Source: a virus
Lineage: Duplodnaviria; Heunggongvirae; Uroviricota; Caudoviricetes
Strand: one strand, 5' to 3'
DNA: 64,000 nt
IMG/VR virus record: IMGVR_UViG_3300044796_000394
Position numbers and translations under genes: made by a program. Numbering within the stretch: the first letter of the stretch is position 1; every line of letters begins with the position of its first letter. Positions 1 through 9,626 of the stretch are shown one piece after another. The notes under the pieces were generated by a model, which was given only the letters and a program-made list of their open reading frames with translations, did not search any database and had not been told where the DNA came from.

Positions 1-463
1 CTTTGGGTTTCAATACCAATTTTCTAAGATAGTTAATTCTAGCTTCCATGCTCCCCGTCAAAGGAGTTGTGGAAATATCGCCTCTTTTGCCAGCAAATTC
101 TTCAATATTAATCAGAGCGTCTTTGAGAGAATTGTGGTGATCGGCAACAACATTCATAGTAACGTTAGTCAATCGTTTCGGCTTAGCAACGTCGGTAAAT
201 TCAGGCAACAATTCGAGACCAACAAACCCCGTAGAGGATTTACCGGTATAAGTAAACGAAATGGCTCGTAAGGTAACATCAAAGTTGCACTGTTCGGTCA
301 ACGTGATGATACCAGTAGGCGGAAACTTAGCTAATGCAGCAGTATCGTCAACTGTCAAACTAACATCGCCGGGATTGTAATCTTCGGCAAGTTTGACACG
401 CAAACTATCGTGTACTAGATGAAGCTCAGCATCGGTGTCTAATGAAGTAGGATAATTACTCAT
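1..463 (-). CDS. Tail/virion protein, paralogue of the adjacent PKD protein (partial, runs off the window)
   Basis: Not in the ORF track. ATG at 463 overlaps the TGA of the upstream gene. Reads MSNYPTSLDTDAELHLVHDSLRV...HHNSLKDALINIEEFAG...ARINYLRKLVLKPK with no stop, sharing the HN.(V/L)KDALINIE motif with 460..1437. Confidence 0.8.
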   Translation of the reverse strand, partial: MSNYPTSLDTDAELHLVHDSLRVKLAEDYNPGDVSLTVDDTAALAKFPPTGIITLTEQCNFDVTLRAISFTYTGKSSTGFVGLELLPEFTDVAKPKRLTNVTMNVVADHHNSLKDALINIEEFAGKRGDISTTPLTGSMEARINYLRKLVLKPK

Positions 464-1437
464 GATACGACCAGCGGGTCTACCGTCCTTACAATTTTCT
501 TTGTACCATCGGCAAAAAGTACTAGGACGCTAGGGTTATACGTTCCTTTGGTTGTGTATGTATGGGTTGCAGTATGAATGTCAGGATCTAATACGGAAGT
601 TGCATTGCCATCATCCCATTGCCAATAACGACTTGTAATTTGACCGTCTGTTTGATCGGTAAAAGTAAATACCGTTGATACAGTACCCGCCGAAGGTTCA
701 TAGTAAAAGAAAGCGGGCTTATAATAATCACTCACCGTAATATAGTCTGTTTTAGTTGCATACCCTTGAGCACCCAACTTAGTAATCACATTAAGCTGTA
801 CCGTATAAACACCATTACTTTGATAAGTATGTGTTGGAGCAGCTTCTATTGAAGTACCGCCGTCACCAAAGTCCCAAAAATATCGCAATATATCGCCACT
901 GGAAAAATTCTGGAACTTAACTTCTAAAGGTGCTGATCCATAACGTGGCCCAGCTTGAAAAACCGGTCTTGGAGCAAGGAATCTGGTTTCAAGAGCTTTC
1001 AATAATCCATTCAAAGAAGCAGGAGCAGGATCAACATCAACACCAAGATTTGTTTCAATATTAATCAAAGCATCTTTAACGGCATTGTGAGGTTCCGCTG
1101 AAACAACCGCTGCTACCGGTGTTCCAATGGGCCATTGATCTTGTCTACTACCAGCAAAGCCTCTTTTAAGCCGACGAAATGAATTATCTGTTTTCTGATC
1201 ATAATAAACAGATTCGGTACCAACACAAATAATACCTTGTGCCGGAAATCCTTCAGTAGACTCTACAAGGAAATAAGGACTTCCGTAACTCGCACTTTGA
1301 GAAGTGGTTGTAATAGCATTGTTAGCAACAACGAACAATTGTTGGCTATCATCCTTTGCCACGGGATAAATACTTAAATCACCCGTTTTATAACCGAGGT
1401 CTGTGGAAGCAATTCTATCTACAAAAACGTTAGCCAT
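460..1437 (-). CDS. PKD-domain virion/tail protein
   Basis: Two PKD repeats (FWDFGDGGTS...PTHTYQSNGVYTVQL; WQWDDG...THTYTTKGTY); lies in the tail operon. Confidence 0.85.
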   Translation of the reverse strand: MANVFVDRIASTDLGYKTGDLSIYPVAKDDSQQLFVVANNAITTTSQSASYGSPYFLVESTEGFPAQGIICVGTESVYYDQKTDNSFRRLKRGFAGSRQDQWPIGTPVAAVVSAEPHNAVKDALINIETNLGVDVDPAPASLNGLLKALETRFLAPRPVFQAGPRYGSAPLEVKFQNFSSGDILRYFWDFGDGGTSIEAAPTHTYQSNGVYTVQLNVITKLGAQGYATKTDYITVSDYYKPAFFYYEPSAGTVSTVFTFTDQTDGQITSRYWQWDDGNATSVLDPDIHTATHTYTTKGTYNPSVLVLFADGTKKIVRTVDPLVVS

Positions 1438-1443
1438 TATGCT

Positions 1444-2034
1444 TTATCTATCTTCCTTGGCGGAAATTGCTTGTTGAGAAGATGCCATAAGTTCTTTTCG
1501 GAGAGGGGCATTTTCAGGCAAAGCATTAATAGCCTTAACTGTCTCGATATCAATGGACAAACCAGATAAATCCCGAATAGCAATTTCATGACGGAACTTG
1601 GCATCCCAATATTCCAACTGAACATCGTATGATCCCCAAGGCTTTAGTGGTACATACGCAGCGATTGCCTTGTAAATCTGATGAAGATATTCTAACTCTT
1701 TTTCCCACCCACTTCTTTTAGCTTCGAGCTTTTCCGCTTGATCTACATGATTTTGAATTTTGCGATTCAACATACGCTTTTTGATAACCGACTCTTTGGT
1801 ATCCGATGGCAATTTTGCCAATTCAAGAGTTAACAATTCCACGGTGTCGGTAATTTCTGCCAATTCCGTATTCAAAGCTTTGATTGATCTTACACGACCA
1901 GACATTTCAGTAATGCACTTATGTAATTTTGCCTGATCGGTTGGCTCTTGACCTATAAGAAAATAGGTGATTTGAAACAGCGAGGTTTCGTTTCGCTCAG
2001 CCATTGAGGCCAATTTTTCAATTTCTGGATTCAT
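1444..2034 (-). CDS. Hypothetical coiled-coil protein
   Basis: 196-aa ORF tightly packed in the operon; heptad-rich middle section. Confidence 0.7.
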   Translation of the reverse strand: MNPEIEKLASMAERNETSLFQITYFLIGQEPTDQAKLHKCITEMSGRVRSIKALNTELAEITDTVELLTLELAKLPSDTKESVIKKRMLNRKIQNHVDQAEKLEAKRSGWEKELEYLHQIYKAIAAYVPLKPWGSYDVQLEYWDAKFRHEIAIRDLSGLSIDIETVKAINALPENAPLRKELMASSQQAISAKEDR

Positions 2035-2038
2035 AAAG

Positions 2039-2563
2039 TTAAATTAGTCTTGCGCCTACGATTGCTTTGAATTGATAGCCCATTTCAATCGCCTTATTTG
2101 CCCACAAAAGTTTGGCAATCTTAATATCAGCGATAGAATCACCCATTGGATCAATATCTTTTACCACTTGTGTCGGCAACAACAATCCGTTAAGTGTTGC
2201 TTCGTCAAACGTCCACTTTCTGTCAACTACCGGAAACAAAATATCCGTCTCGGAAGTACAGAAATATTCGTGTTTCTTTAAAGTATTCAATCGCAAAAAA
2301 GTGCCACTCGTTACGAACAAACACCATTTTTGCTGAATAGACCGCACACCCACATCCAAGAGCGAAGTGATCGTTTTACCCCCTATAACAATGGGGCAGT
2401 GTTTCTTGATTTCCGGCAATTCGGCATTTTTACTGCCGACAACACACTTAAGGTTTGCTTGTGGGAAAAAATCCTTAGCCGTTCTCACCGTAATTTTCAC
2501 GGAAGACGGATCGCTCTCAGGATTCAGGATAACGATCCCAAGAGAGTCTGTAATTTTTATCAT
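2039..2563 (-). CDS. Hypothetical protein, possibly a degenerate GT-A glycosyltransferase fold
   Basis: Translationally coupled; beta-alpha pattern (LGIVIL...LLDVGV...WCLFV) resembles GT2 but the DxD motif is absent. Confidence 0.45.
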   Translation of the reverse strand: MIKITDSLGIVILNPESDPSSVKITVRTAKDFFPQANLKCVVGSKNAELPEIKKHCPIVIGGKTITSLLDVGVRSIQQKWCLFVTSGTFLRLNTLKKHEYFCTSETDILFPVVDRKWTFDEATLNGLLLPTQVVKDIDPMGDSIADIKIAKLLWANKAIEMGYQFKAIVGARLI

Positions 2564-3357
2564 TAGGAATAAAGAACGTCAAAATCTATGACTAAAACAT
2601 CGGAAAGTGTAATAGCGTCCGAAAGAACGAATGTACCATCAGTAACAATTCCATCATCATCAACACCCTCTGTGAAAGAGTATGTCGTCGGCACATAATC
2701 AGTACCGTTATAAATTGGAACATCTACAGAAGCATTTTGGCTGAGTCGGATGCCATTAAGATAAACCCTCAACGATCCAGTCTGGTAAGGCGTGGAAATG
2801 CTGGTGGTCTTATAATTCTTATAGTCAGGTGACATTAAATTTACTGGAACAGGATTAATTCCATAATAATGTGTATGTCTAACCGATGCCGGAAAAGCAT
2901 TATCAGCATACATATAACCGCCCTGATACCGCCAAGTAACCGTATCAGAACCCTTAATATTTAAGTTGCCGTAATCAAAACCCAGAATACCACTGATTGT
3001 TGTAAAACTTAAACCAAAATTTGTCGCACCACTATCAATCAAACTTAACTTAGATCGTTCACCGGTGGTCATTCTAACGAAGCCATCACTGTCCAAGTGT
3101 TCTGAAATCTTATGAAGAGCGTTATCAATCGCCACACTCTTAATACTGCCGTCGTCTTCCAAAGATTTATTCAATCGATTTGACAGCGTACCAGCACTTC
3201 CGATTGAGTCACGCAAAATTTGAGAATCATTTTCAACCTGCCCATTAACCATATTGATCCGAGTCACCAAAGCGTCAATCGGTATCTGATCGGCCAAATG
3301 GTGGTATGGCGTCATCGGCTGAAAAATAGGAACTGGAATTAATTCTAAATTTGGCAT
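2563..3357 (-). CDS. Putative virion structural protein
   Basis: Coupled ORF; SLRVYLNGIRL and DVLVIDF beta motifs typical of phage tail/fibre accessory proteins. Confidence 0.6.
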   Translation of the reverse strand: MPNLELIPVPIFQPMTPYHHLADQIPIDALVTRINMVNGQVENDSQILRDSIGSAGTLSNRLNKSLEDDGSIKSVAIDNALHKISEHLDSDGFVRMTTGERSKLSLIDSGATNFGLSFTTISGILGFDYGNLNIKGSDTVTWRYQGGYMYADNAFPASVRHTHYYGINPVPVNLMSPDYKNYKTTSISTPYQTGSLRVYLNGIRLSQNASVDVPIYNGTDYVPTTYSFTEGVDDDGIVTDGTFVLSDAITLSDVLVIDFDVLYS

Positions 3358-4217
3358 TATCCTTTATTTACCGTCTCATCGGCTTTTTCGATAAGTTCAA
3401 TTTTTCCAAAAAACCTATTACCTTCTCGCATAAGTTTTTTCCCGTAACGCATAATATGAGCAGGCCCAAAAAGCGAATCACCAATAGGTTGAACAACATT
3501 CAAAGGAATATAAGGTGCCCAAATATAACTAGAATCCGTATATCTCTCACCCTTATAGCCAAACAAGATCGCATTCCATCTAATGGACTCAGTAACGTGA
3601 ACCTTATATCTGAACCTATAAGTTTGAAAAATATTGGTAAATCGATTGTAGATGATTGGATGTACTACGATCCAATTTGGAAACCGCCAATTATTTTCAT
3701 TTGAAATTTTATATGAAACTTCGTAATTGATTTGACCCATGTCCCGCCAAAGTTGCTCGGCAGTTAGATCCGATTGGTTGGTTTTGATTGTGGCACAATT
3801 ATTAACTAGATCGGTCAATATTTCACGATCAATATCATTTCTTATATCTTCTGCCAACAAATCAATATTACTTGGATCTCTCAAACCCTTGAATTTTCGT
3901 GTTACCGCAACACATGCTTCTTCTTGATCAAACGAAAATAAATTTGAATTTGGACCAAGTTTCGGCTGAACAGAAACCAATTTGAAAGCCAATAAGTTCG
4001 GATAAGACTTGGCAATCACATCTATGAATGATGAATTTCCCTGATGTGGCAATTGAGAATTCAATAAACTCTGATTGACCATCATCAAGGCAGTACATGT
4101 TTCAATGTGCTGGTCAGCATTATCTTTCAAATGACCAGATGCTTTCCATTTGTCAATTTGGGCTTCTGCCACCCAAGTGTTTTGTAACTTCTGCCAAGGT
4201 TCTAATTCTTTTGCCAT
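3357..4217 (-). CDS. Shortened T4 gp23-like major capsid protein paralogue (about 286 aa)
   Basis: gp23-like motifs LVSVQP..GP, LAEDIRNDIDREIL, NWIVVHP, LFGYKG....DSSYIWAPYIPL, RYGKKL. Start refined to MAKELEPW at 4217. Confidence 0.75.
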   Translation of the reverse strand: MAKELEPWQKLQNTWVAEAQIDKWKASGHLKDNADQHIETCTALMMVNQSLLNSQLPHQGNSSFIDVIAKSYPNLLAFKLVSVQPKLGPNSNLFSFDQEEACVAVTRKFKGLRDPSNIDLLAEDIRNDIDREILTDLVNNCATIKTNQSDLTAEQLWRDMGQINYEVSYKISNENNWRFPNWIVVHPIIYNRFTNIFQTYRFRYKVHVTESIRWNAILFGYKGERYTDSSYIWAPYIPLNVVQPIGDSLFGPAHIMRYGKKLMREGNRFFGKIELIEKADETVNKG

Positions 4218-4240
4218 ATCATATAATAATAGCTCACGAA

Positions 4241-4247
4241 CTAAATA
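4241..4247 (+). promoter_or_regulatory. T4-late-like promoter motif CTAAATA, 4 nt before ATG
   Basis: CTAAATA-tcgc-ATG(4252); the same motif and spacing occur at 52788-52794 (-) and 62056-62062 (+). Confidence 0.55.
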
Positions 4248-4251
4248 TCGC

Positions 4252-5511
4252 ATGAATTTCAAAGTATGGCTTGTGAAAAACGACGATATGTTGGAAATGG
4301 CCGACATTCGCAACACTTCAACGGATGACGTTAAGCTAGAACCATTAAGTGATGATGATTTTGATGAAAATGAAGCCGAAGCGAATTGTGATCACGAACT
4401 TCGTTTTAATGATTATAGAAATGCCGAGGTTTATGATGTGCCAGAGGATGATCCTTCATTTACAACAGAATCACCTAGCGAATGGCGACATGACAACCCA
4501 CCACCAGACAAACACGATTACGAAAATTGGGAAAAAGACGAAGATTACATAAAAGATTTAGAGTCGTGGAAGCAAGAAAAAGCCGAAGTTGAACAACAGT
4601 ATAAAGTTGCTTCGGACGCATGGGAAAAGGAAATGAAGCCCAAGCGATACAAAGCAGAAGATGAAGAATCCAACGCACGTTACGAAGCTATTCAAAATTG
4701 CGTAGAAGAAAAAAGAGCAGAGTGGGAAAAAGAAAATGGCGGATTTAAATCAAAGTTCAATCATCAAGGTGATGATTTTGAAGTCAGCTTGGCAAGAAAA
4801 GAAATCAAATACGCAAACGAACCAATTCCCCACTGCTATGAGATAGAGTTTTCAGGTGCTAATGATTTTGCAACAACAGGCAAGGCGGGAATGACAGCCT
4901 CTAGCGTCTATACTAAGCTTTTATTGGTCATCAAAAAACTGATGGACACGCACGAAGTTAATGGATTGATATTCCGACCGTCTGAACCGGGAATGGCTAC
5001 AATTTACAACAGATTCTTTGATAAATTTCTTAAACGGGATTTCGTTAAAGTGTCAGACAAAGAGTGTGTTAAGAAAGCCTATATCCGGTCACTGCAATTT
5101 GATCCGAGACAAAAACAAGCGACGTATTTCCAAAGGTGGCAAGCAGGCCGCACCGTCCAAAGTAAATTGAAAACGATCAAAGCCAATAGAGAGTTAGTAC
5201 GACATGTCAGAAAACTTTCCCAAGTGTCTCTGGGAAATGTAGTTCAAACAACTGACGGGTTCAATATTTACGTGGCACAAATTAGCGACTCAGGGCAACC
5301 GATTGTACAAGGAATTTCAGACCGTGGCGGCGTTATCAAGGGTATCAAGTTACCCGTTCAATACGTCACAACGAATTTATCCACACCCGAAAATACAAAA
5401 ACAATACTGAGTCGTATCGTCAATGATCCCGACTGGTCAGAAACCATCGAGGAAGTTAACCCCAAAACATTCAGACCGCTCTTGCAAAAATACGGCTTAC
5501 ACCCAAGTTAA
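4252..5511 (+). CDS. Hypothetical acidic protein, probable head-packaged protein
   Basis: Start refined to MNFKVWLVKNDDMLE; lone + strand gene within the - strand virion operon; very acidic N-terminal half. Confidence 0.7.
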   Translation: MNFKVWLVKNDDMLEMADIRNTSTDDVKLEPLSDDDFDENEAEANCDHELRFNDYRNAEVYDVPEDDPSFTTESPSEWRHDNPPPDKHDYENWEKDEDYIKDLESWKQEKAEVEQQYKVASDAWEKEMKPKRYKAEDEESNARYEAIQNCVEEKRAEWEKENGGFKSKFNHQGDDFEVSLARKEIKYANEPIPHCYEIEFSGANDFATTGKAGMTASSVYTKLLLVIKKLMDTHEVNGLIFRPSEPGMATIYNRFFDKFLKRDFVKVSDKECVKKAYIRSLQFDPRQKQATYFQRWQAGRTVQSKLKTIKANRELVRHVRKLSQVSLGNVVQTTDGFNIYVAQISDSGQPIVQGISDRGGVIKGIKLPVQYVTTNLSTPENTKTILSRIVNDPDWSETIEEVNPKTFRPLLQKYGLHPS

Positions 5512-5988
5512 CTTCCAATTATAAACAAGCTGCATACTTGAAGTCTTGGAAGTATCACCAAAAGTTGCCATACTGAACAAGTCGCCATTGGCCAATTCAA
5601 GAGCCATTTCATTGATCGTATCGCCCACAAGTTCTGAGAACGTTACGGTTGTCGTGAAAGTAACCTGTTGTGGGAAATCGTCGTCAATAGACGCAATCAC
5701 GGGCTTAGTCAAAGTCGTAGGGCCAAACAATCCAGTGCGGTTATCGTCTACCAATCTTGGGCTTCCGCCTAACGTACCGCTGTTGCCGAACAAAACACGG
5801 GCAACGTAAAACTGAAATGGGCCTGTATAATCGTTGGCAAGCGTTCTAGCCAAGGCGTTTCTGCCCGACAAAAGAACCTTATTCTTAACGACAGTTTTGG
5901 CAATGGTACCGTCTAGGTTTTGAACGGTCAAAAATATTTTGCCGTATGAACCAATCTCTGTATCTTCTTTGATGATCTCTTGAGTCAT
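5497..5988 (-). CDS. Baseplate/tail-fibre attachment-like protein
   Basis: VKNKVLLSGRNALA...INEMAL...LFS...K......YNWKL pattern typical of small baseplate/tail-fibre N-terminal proteins; follows the baseplate genes. Confidence 0.6.
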   Translation of the reverse strand: MTQEIIKEDTEIGSYGKIFLTVQNLDGTIAKTVVKNKVLLSGRNALARTLANDYTGPFQFYVARVLFGNSGTLGGSPRLVDDNRTGLFGPTTLTKPVIASIDDDFPQQVTFTTTVTFSELVGDTINEMALELANGDLFSMATFGDTSKTSSMQLVYNWKLTWV

Positions 5989-5991
5989 ATT

Positions 5992-6693
5992 CTATGCCAC
6001 TCCTGTATTATCTCTATTTATAAACAATCGTTCTATTCTTTGATATTGCCCGCCACTACCCAAAATGTCGGTTTTTGTTGGTATGTTTAACACACTGACA
6101 AAATCTGGCGGGGCAACATATTCTGAAACATAAACATCATGCTTGCCAGACCAACCACGCACTACATCCCAAAATTCTTCAGTATCAAATTTTTGTCCGT
6201 GTATCTGCGTGTGATTAAGATAGGGGGGATCGCAATAAATCAGCGAACCATCAGGCAAATCCTGTATGTCTCTATAATCAGAATAAATAAAATTAACATC
6301 CTGAAGTTGAGCTGCCTTTTTCTTTAACGCAGACGCAGCATTCCCGCAAAAATTCCTATCGCCATCTCTAGCGTAACCACCAAACCATTTTCCCGCATAA
6401 CTACAACCAAACCCAACAAACGCCCTCAAAGCACTCGGTTGCGAATGCTTCAATTCAGAATATTGTTGTTCTGTAACCACTGCCGGATAATCAAATGTCC
6501 CTGCCTGAACTTCTTTGAGCAACATAATCAAATCGGGATGAAAATCTAAAGCTAAACGCTCTCCGTCCATAAGACAGAGAACATTGGCGCTACCCACAAA
6601 TGGCTCAACATAAACCTGACGATCTTTTCTAACACCGTTGAGGAAGTTGGCTATCTTTTTAGCGATACGTGCTTTGCCCCCAAAGTATCTCAT
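5992..6693 (-). CDS. DNA adenine methyltransferase (Dam/D12 class)
   Basis: MRYFGGK, YVEPFVGS (SAM-binding) and YCDPPY (catalytic) motifs. Confidence 0.9.
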   Translation of the reverse strand: MRYFGGKARIAKKIANFLNGVRKDRQVYVEPFVGSANVLCLMDGERLALDFHPDLIMLLKEVQAGTFDYPAVVTEQQYSELKHSQPSALRAFVGFGCSYAGKWFGGYARDGDRNFCGNAASALKKKAAQLQDVNFIYSDYRDIQDLPDGSLIYCDPPYLNHTQIHGQKFDTEEFWDVVRGWSGKHDVYVSEYVAPPDFVSVLNIPTKTDILGSGGQYQRIERLFINRDNTGVA

Positions 6694-9623
6694 CGTCTCT
6701 CCACAGTACACCAAATCACTTCTTTGGCATGAACAACCTCATCCACGGCTTCACCATTATTCAAACGATTTAACATCTGCATACGGAAAGAGACAGGAAT
6801 AGGATCATGAGCCTGATTTACTTCAATCACACCATCTGTGCGACGATCAATCAATTGGAAATCAGTACCATCTTGCGTTGTTACTGGAATTTTCGTGAAA
6901 TTGATAAGAGAATAACTAATACCAGTAGTTCCCGCCAAACCCCAATCGATCACTGGCCCAAACAAATAAATATCATTACCATCAATGTTGGACATTTGAT
7001 AGTAAACAGAGTCAATAACTACCAAATAATTTTCCTTGAAGTCGCTGCTTTCAACAACATTCATTGGCGGATTGGCACCATTCTGAATTCCCAAAGTCGA
7101 TTCGTAATTGATCGTCGTAGTCAACTTCATTCCATTGAATGCTAATGTTCCGTAACCAGTATTGACCACTCTCTTGAGTGCTTGATAGTTAACGCTACCA
7201 ACAACATTACCACCGCTCCAGCCATCCAAGTATAAATTATCAGTCGCCCCACCCGAAACAGCGGAAATAATGCTGTACTGGTTAGAGCCAATCTTGATGT
7301 AATCATCTTGCTTGACATTCCATTCATTAACAATCGGACTCGTAACTAATCGTCCAACAAATCTAACATCCACTTGGCCAGCAGTTCCACTTTCAGCTAC
7401 CATACTACCCGGCGTCAAAAGATCATAATTCAAACCTGTTACAAATCCAGCCGTCCACCCACTAATCATAAGGCTATTGTTTGACTGTACGATGCTGATA
7501 GGATAAGTTCCGGCATATATGCCAGCGTTAACCCGAATAGACCACGTGCCGCCATCCACTATCGGATAATCCAACAATATTTCAGTAGCAGTAAACGTTG
7601 ATTGGTTTTCCTGATAGATGCTCGCCCCGGATTCGGTGAATAGCTGATTCGAAAATCGGAAACCAAATCCAGAACTACTCAATGGAAAATCTGTCAAACC
7701 AATAACTTCACCGCCAGCAGCTAAGGAATATTCACCAAGATGTGGCCCTGCTTGGATTTCTAAAAGGTTCGTCGTTCCAATACCCAAATCATCAAAATCA
7801 TAACCGGGTGCACTCAACATCACTCTTAGGTTAAAACCGTTCCCGTCAGAACCAGTAGCTACCGTTGAAGTGTTAGCTAACATATTCCGTTTTAGTTCAT
7901 CAGCATCCGACAATCCATCTTCAATAATTCTGTTGAAATCAAATTGTGAAACAATCACATTATCGTAAAGATCACAATGAATCAAACATTCAATTAATTC
8001 TTCTGGTGGTGGAATAAGTTCGTCTACCAATCCAACATAGTTAATCGTATGGAGAGGACTATGGAATGGCAAAAAGTCCTTAATGACTTCTTCGGCTTCC
8101 TGAATTCGATCATTTGACATTTTCTCAATCAAAACATCCAACGACACTTGACTACTACGGCATCCTGAACAAATATCATAAAAAGACGCATCGATATGGC
8201 AAGGTTCTTCCGAGTCACTGGTTGAACCGTTATACTCATCCATATTGTAAATGTTTTCCGAGTACGGAAACTCAGTTCGTCGCTTACCCCAAATAACAGG
8301 GTATTGAAAGGCGTGTTTAGCCGGACAAACCACATCAATCAAAGCATCATCTTCGGCAATCAATCTAACATTCCAGTTTTTCACCGGATAAGTTACCGTC
8401 ATCTCATCTCTATTATCCGACAACGGAAGCGACTGAATATAAGTCTCAATATTTTGGTCTTCGGGTTCGGCAACCTTATACAGTACTTTAACAATATCGC
8501 CAACTTCCAACAGATCGCAAATATCCGAATCTAATACCAATGTCGTGTAATACTCATTGCTTGTAGGACAATCATCAGTAGCCGTCGAGTGGTCAACGAA
8601 TACATAATTGGCCGATGAAACCTCAACGTAATTAGCAGAACTCTGTCGTCTATATGAAACGACAAAATTATAGCTATCTTCCGGCAACTTCGCACGCTTA
8701 GCTAATTGTAACGTACAGTCGCCCGTATAAACAATACCTTCTTGCCATGTCGCTTTACTCGCCACTTGCCAATAATGAGTCAGTTTTTTGAATTGAATAC
8801 CACATTGATCTAATGCTTCACGAAGTCCGCCAATCGTACCTTTTTTCTTGTAAAGTGGAATTGCACGCCGACACTGCCGACGCCACAAAATACTATCATT
8901 GGATCTTAACTTCCATCTAAAGAAATTGGCTATATAAGGCAGTAAGGTATCTTTAACAACATTAGCATCTTGTAAATCAATCAGTTGATTGGCCAAATCC
9001 TCTAAATCCGTAAATCCTTTAGCTACAGCCGAACTAAATCTAGCCAAGACATCAGGCGTCAAATCTCCTTGCCCCAACTGAAGTTTGAACATCTCTGGCA
9101 GATAGCGATCCAAAAGGACTTCGTACTTGCCGGGTTTAGTTAAGTGTCTAGGTGGTGCAGCAGGATGACTATCGGCAGTCAAGAAAAAGTAGAAAGATTT
9201 ACTGAGGGTGTTGCCAGCAGGTACAGGTGTCCAAGCATAACAAAGGAAATAATCACCTTCACGGGCAAGTTCTGGCGTCCATTGAAGTTGAAAGTGCCCT
9301 ACTTCCGGCATTCCATCAACGTCGTAAGGAATTCTTTCTATAACGGCATTAGGAGTATCAGAAGATAGCCAAGCGGGATAATCATCGCTGCCATAAACCT
9401 TGAAGGGAATGGCATCGCTATAAGTGAACTGCGTATTGCTACCAGCTACGAATTGAGTGATTTGATAGTACTGATCTGTGACGTAATTGCGTTCAACAAA
9501 GAAAATAGTGACCCGATCAACCTTATACGGATCAGATTGATTGCCTGATTCGTCGGTTGTATAGAGATCGAACAAAATCGTATCTCTTACTGTCGGGTTT
9601 TGGTTATAAGCTATTAGTCCCAT
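6690..9623 (-). CDS. Large baseplate wedge/tail protein (gp7 / P2 gpI-like N-terminal domain)
   Basis: LLPYIANFFRW...RRAIPLYKKKGTIGGL motif of gpI/gp7-like proteins; directly downstream of the gp6/J-like gene. Confidence 0.75.
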   Translation of the reverse strand: MGLIAYNQNPTVRDTILFDLYTTDESGNQSDPYKVDRVTIFFVERNYVTDQYYQITQFVAGSNTQFTYSDAIPFKVYGSDDYPAWLSSDTPNAVIERIPYDVDGMPEVGHFQLQWTPELAREGDYFLCYAWTPVPAGNTLSKSFYFFLTADSHPAAPPRHLTKPGKYEVLLDRYLPEMFKLQLGQGDLTPDVLARFSSAVAKGFTDLEDLANQLIDLQDANVVKDTLLPYIANFFRWKLRSNDSILWRRQCRRAIPLYKKKGTIGGLREALDQCGIQFKKLTHYWQVASKATWQEGIVYTGDCTLQLAKRAKLPEDSYNFVVSYRRQSSANYVEVSSANYVFVDHSTATDDCPTSNEYYTTLVLDSDICDLLEVGDIVKVLYKVAEPEDQNIETYIQSLPLSDNRDEMTVTYPVKNWNVRLIAEDDALIDVVCPAKHAFQYPVIWGKRRTEFPYSENIYNMDEYNGSTSDSEEPCHIDASFYDICSGCRSSQVSLDVLIEKMSNDRIQEAEEVIKDFLPFHSPLHTINYVGLVDELIPPPEELIECLIHCDLYDNVIVSQFDFNRIIEDGLSDADELKRNMLANTSTVATGSDGNGFNLRVMLSAPGYDFDDLGIGTTNLLEIQAGPHLGEYSLAAGGEVIGLTDFPLSSSGFGFRFSNQLFTESGASIYQENQSTFTATEILLDYPIVDGGTWSIRVNAGIYAGTYPISIVQSNNSLMISGWTAGFVTGLNYDLLTPGSMVAESGTAGQVDVRFVGRLVTSPIVNEWNVKQDDYIKIGSNQYSIISAVSGGATDNLYLDGWSGGNVVGSVNYQALKRVVNTGYGTLAFNGMKLTTTINYESTLGIQNGANPPMNVVESSDFKENYLVVIDSVYYQMSNIDGNDIYLFGPVIDWGLAGTTGISYSLINFTKIPVTTQDGTDFQLIDRRTDGVIEVNQAHDPIPVSFRMQMLNRLNNGEAVDEVVHAKEVIWCTVERR

Positions 9624-9626
9624 ATT

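Noticed and set aside
5992-6693. DNA methyltransferase plus nearby endonuclease as a restriction-modification system
   Set aside because: The genes are not adjacent; the nucleases are homing-type (EndoVII, HNH), and orphan adenine methyltransferases are routine in large phages.
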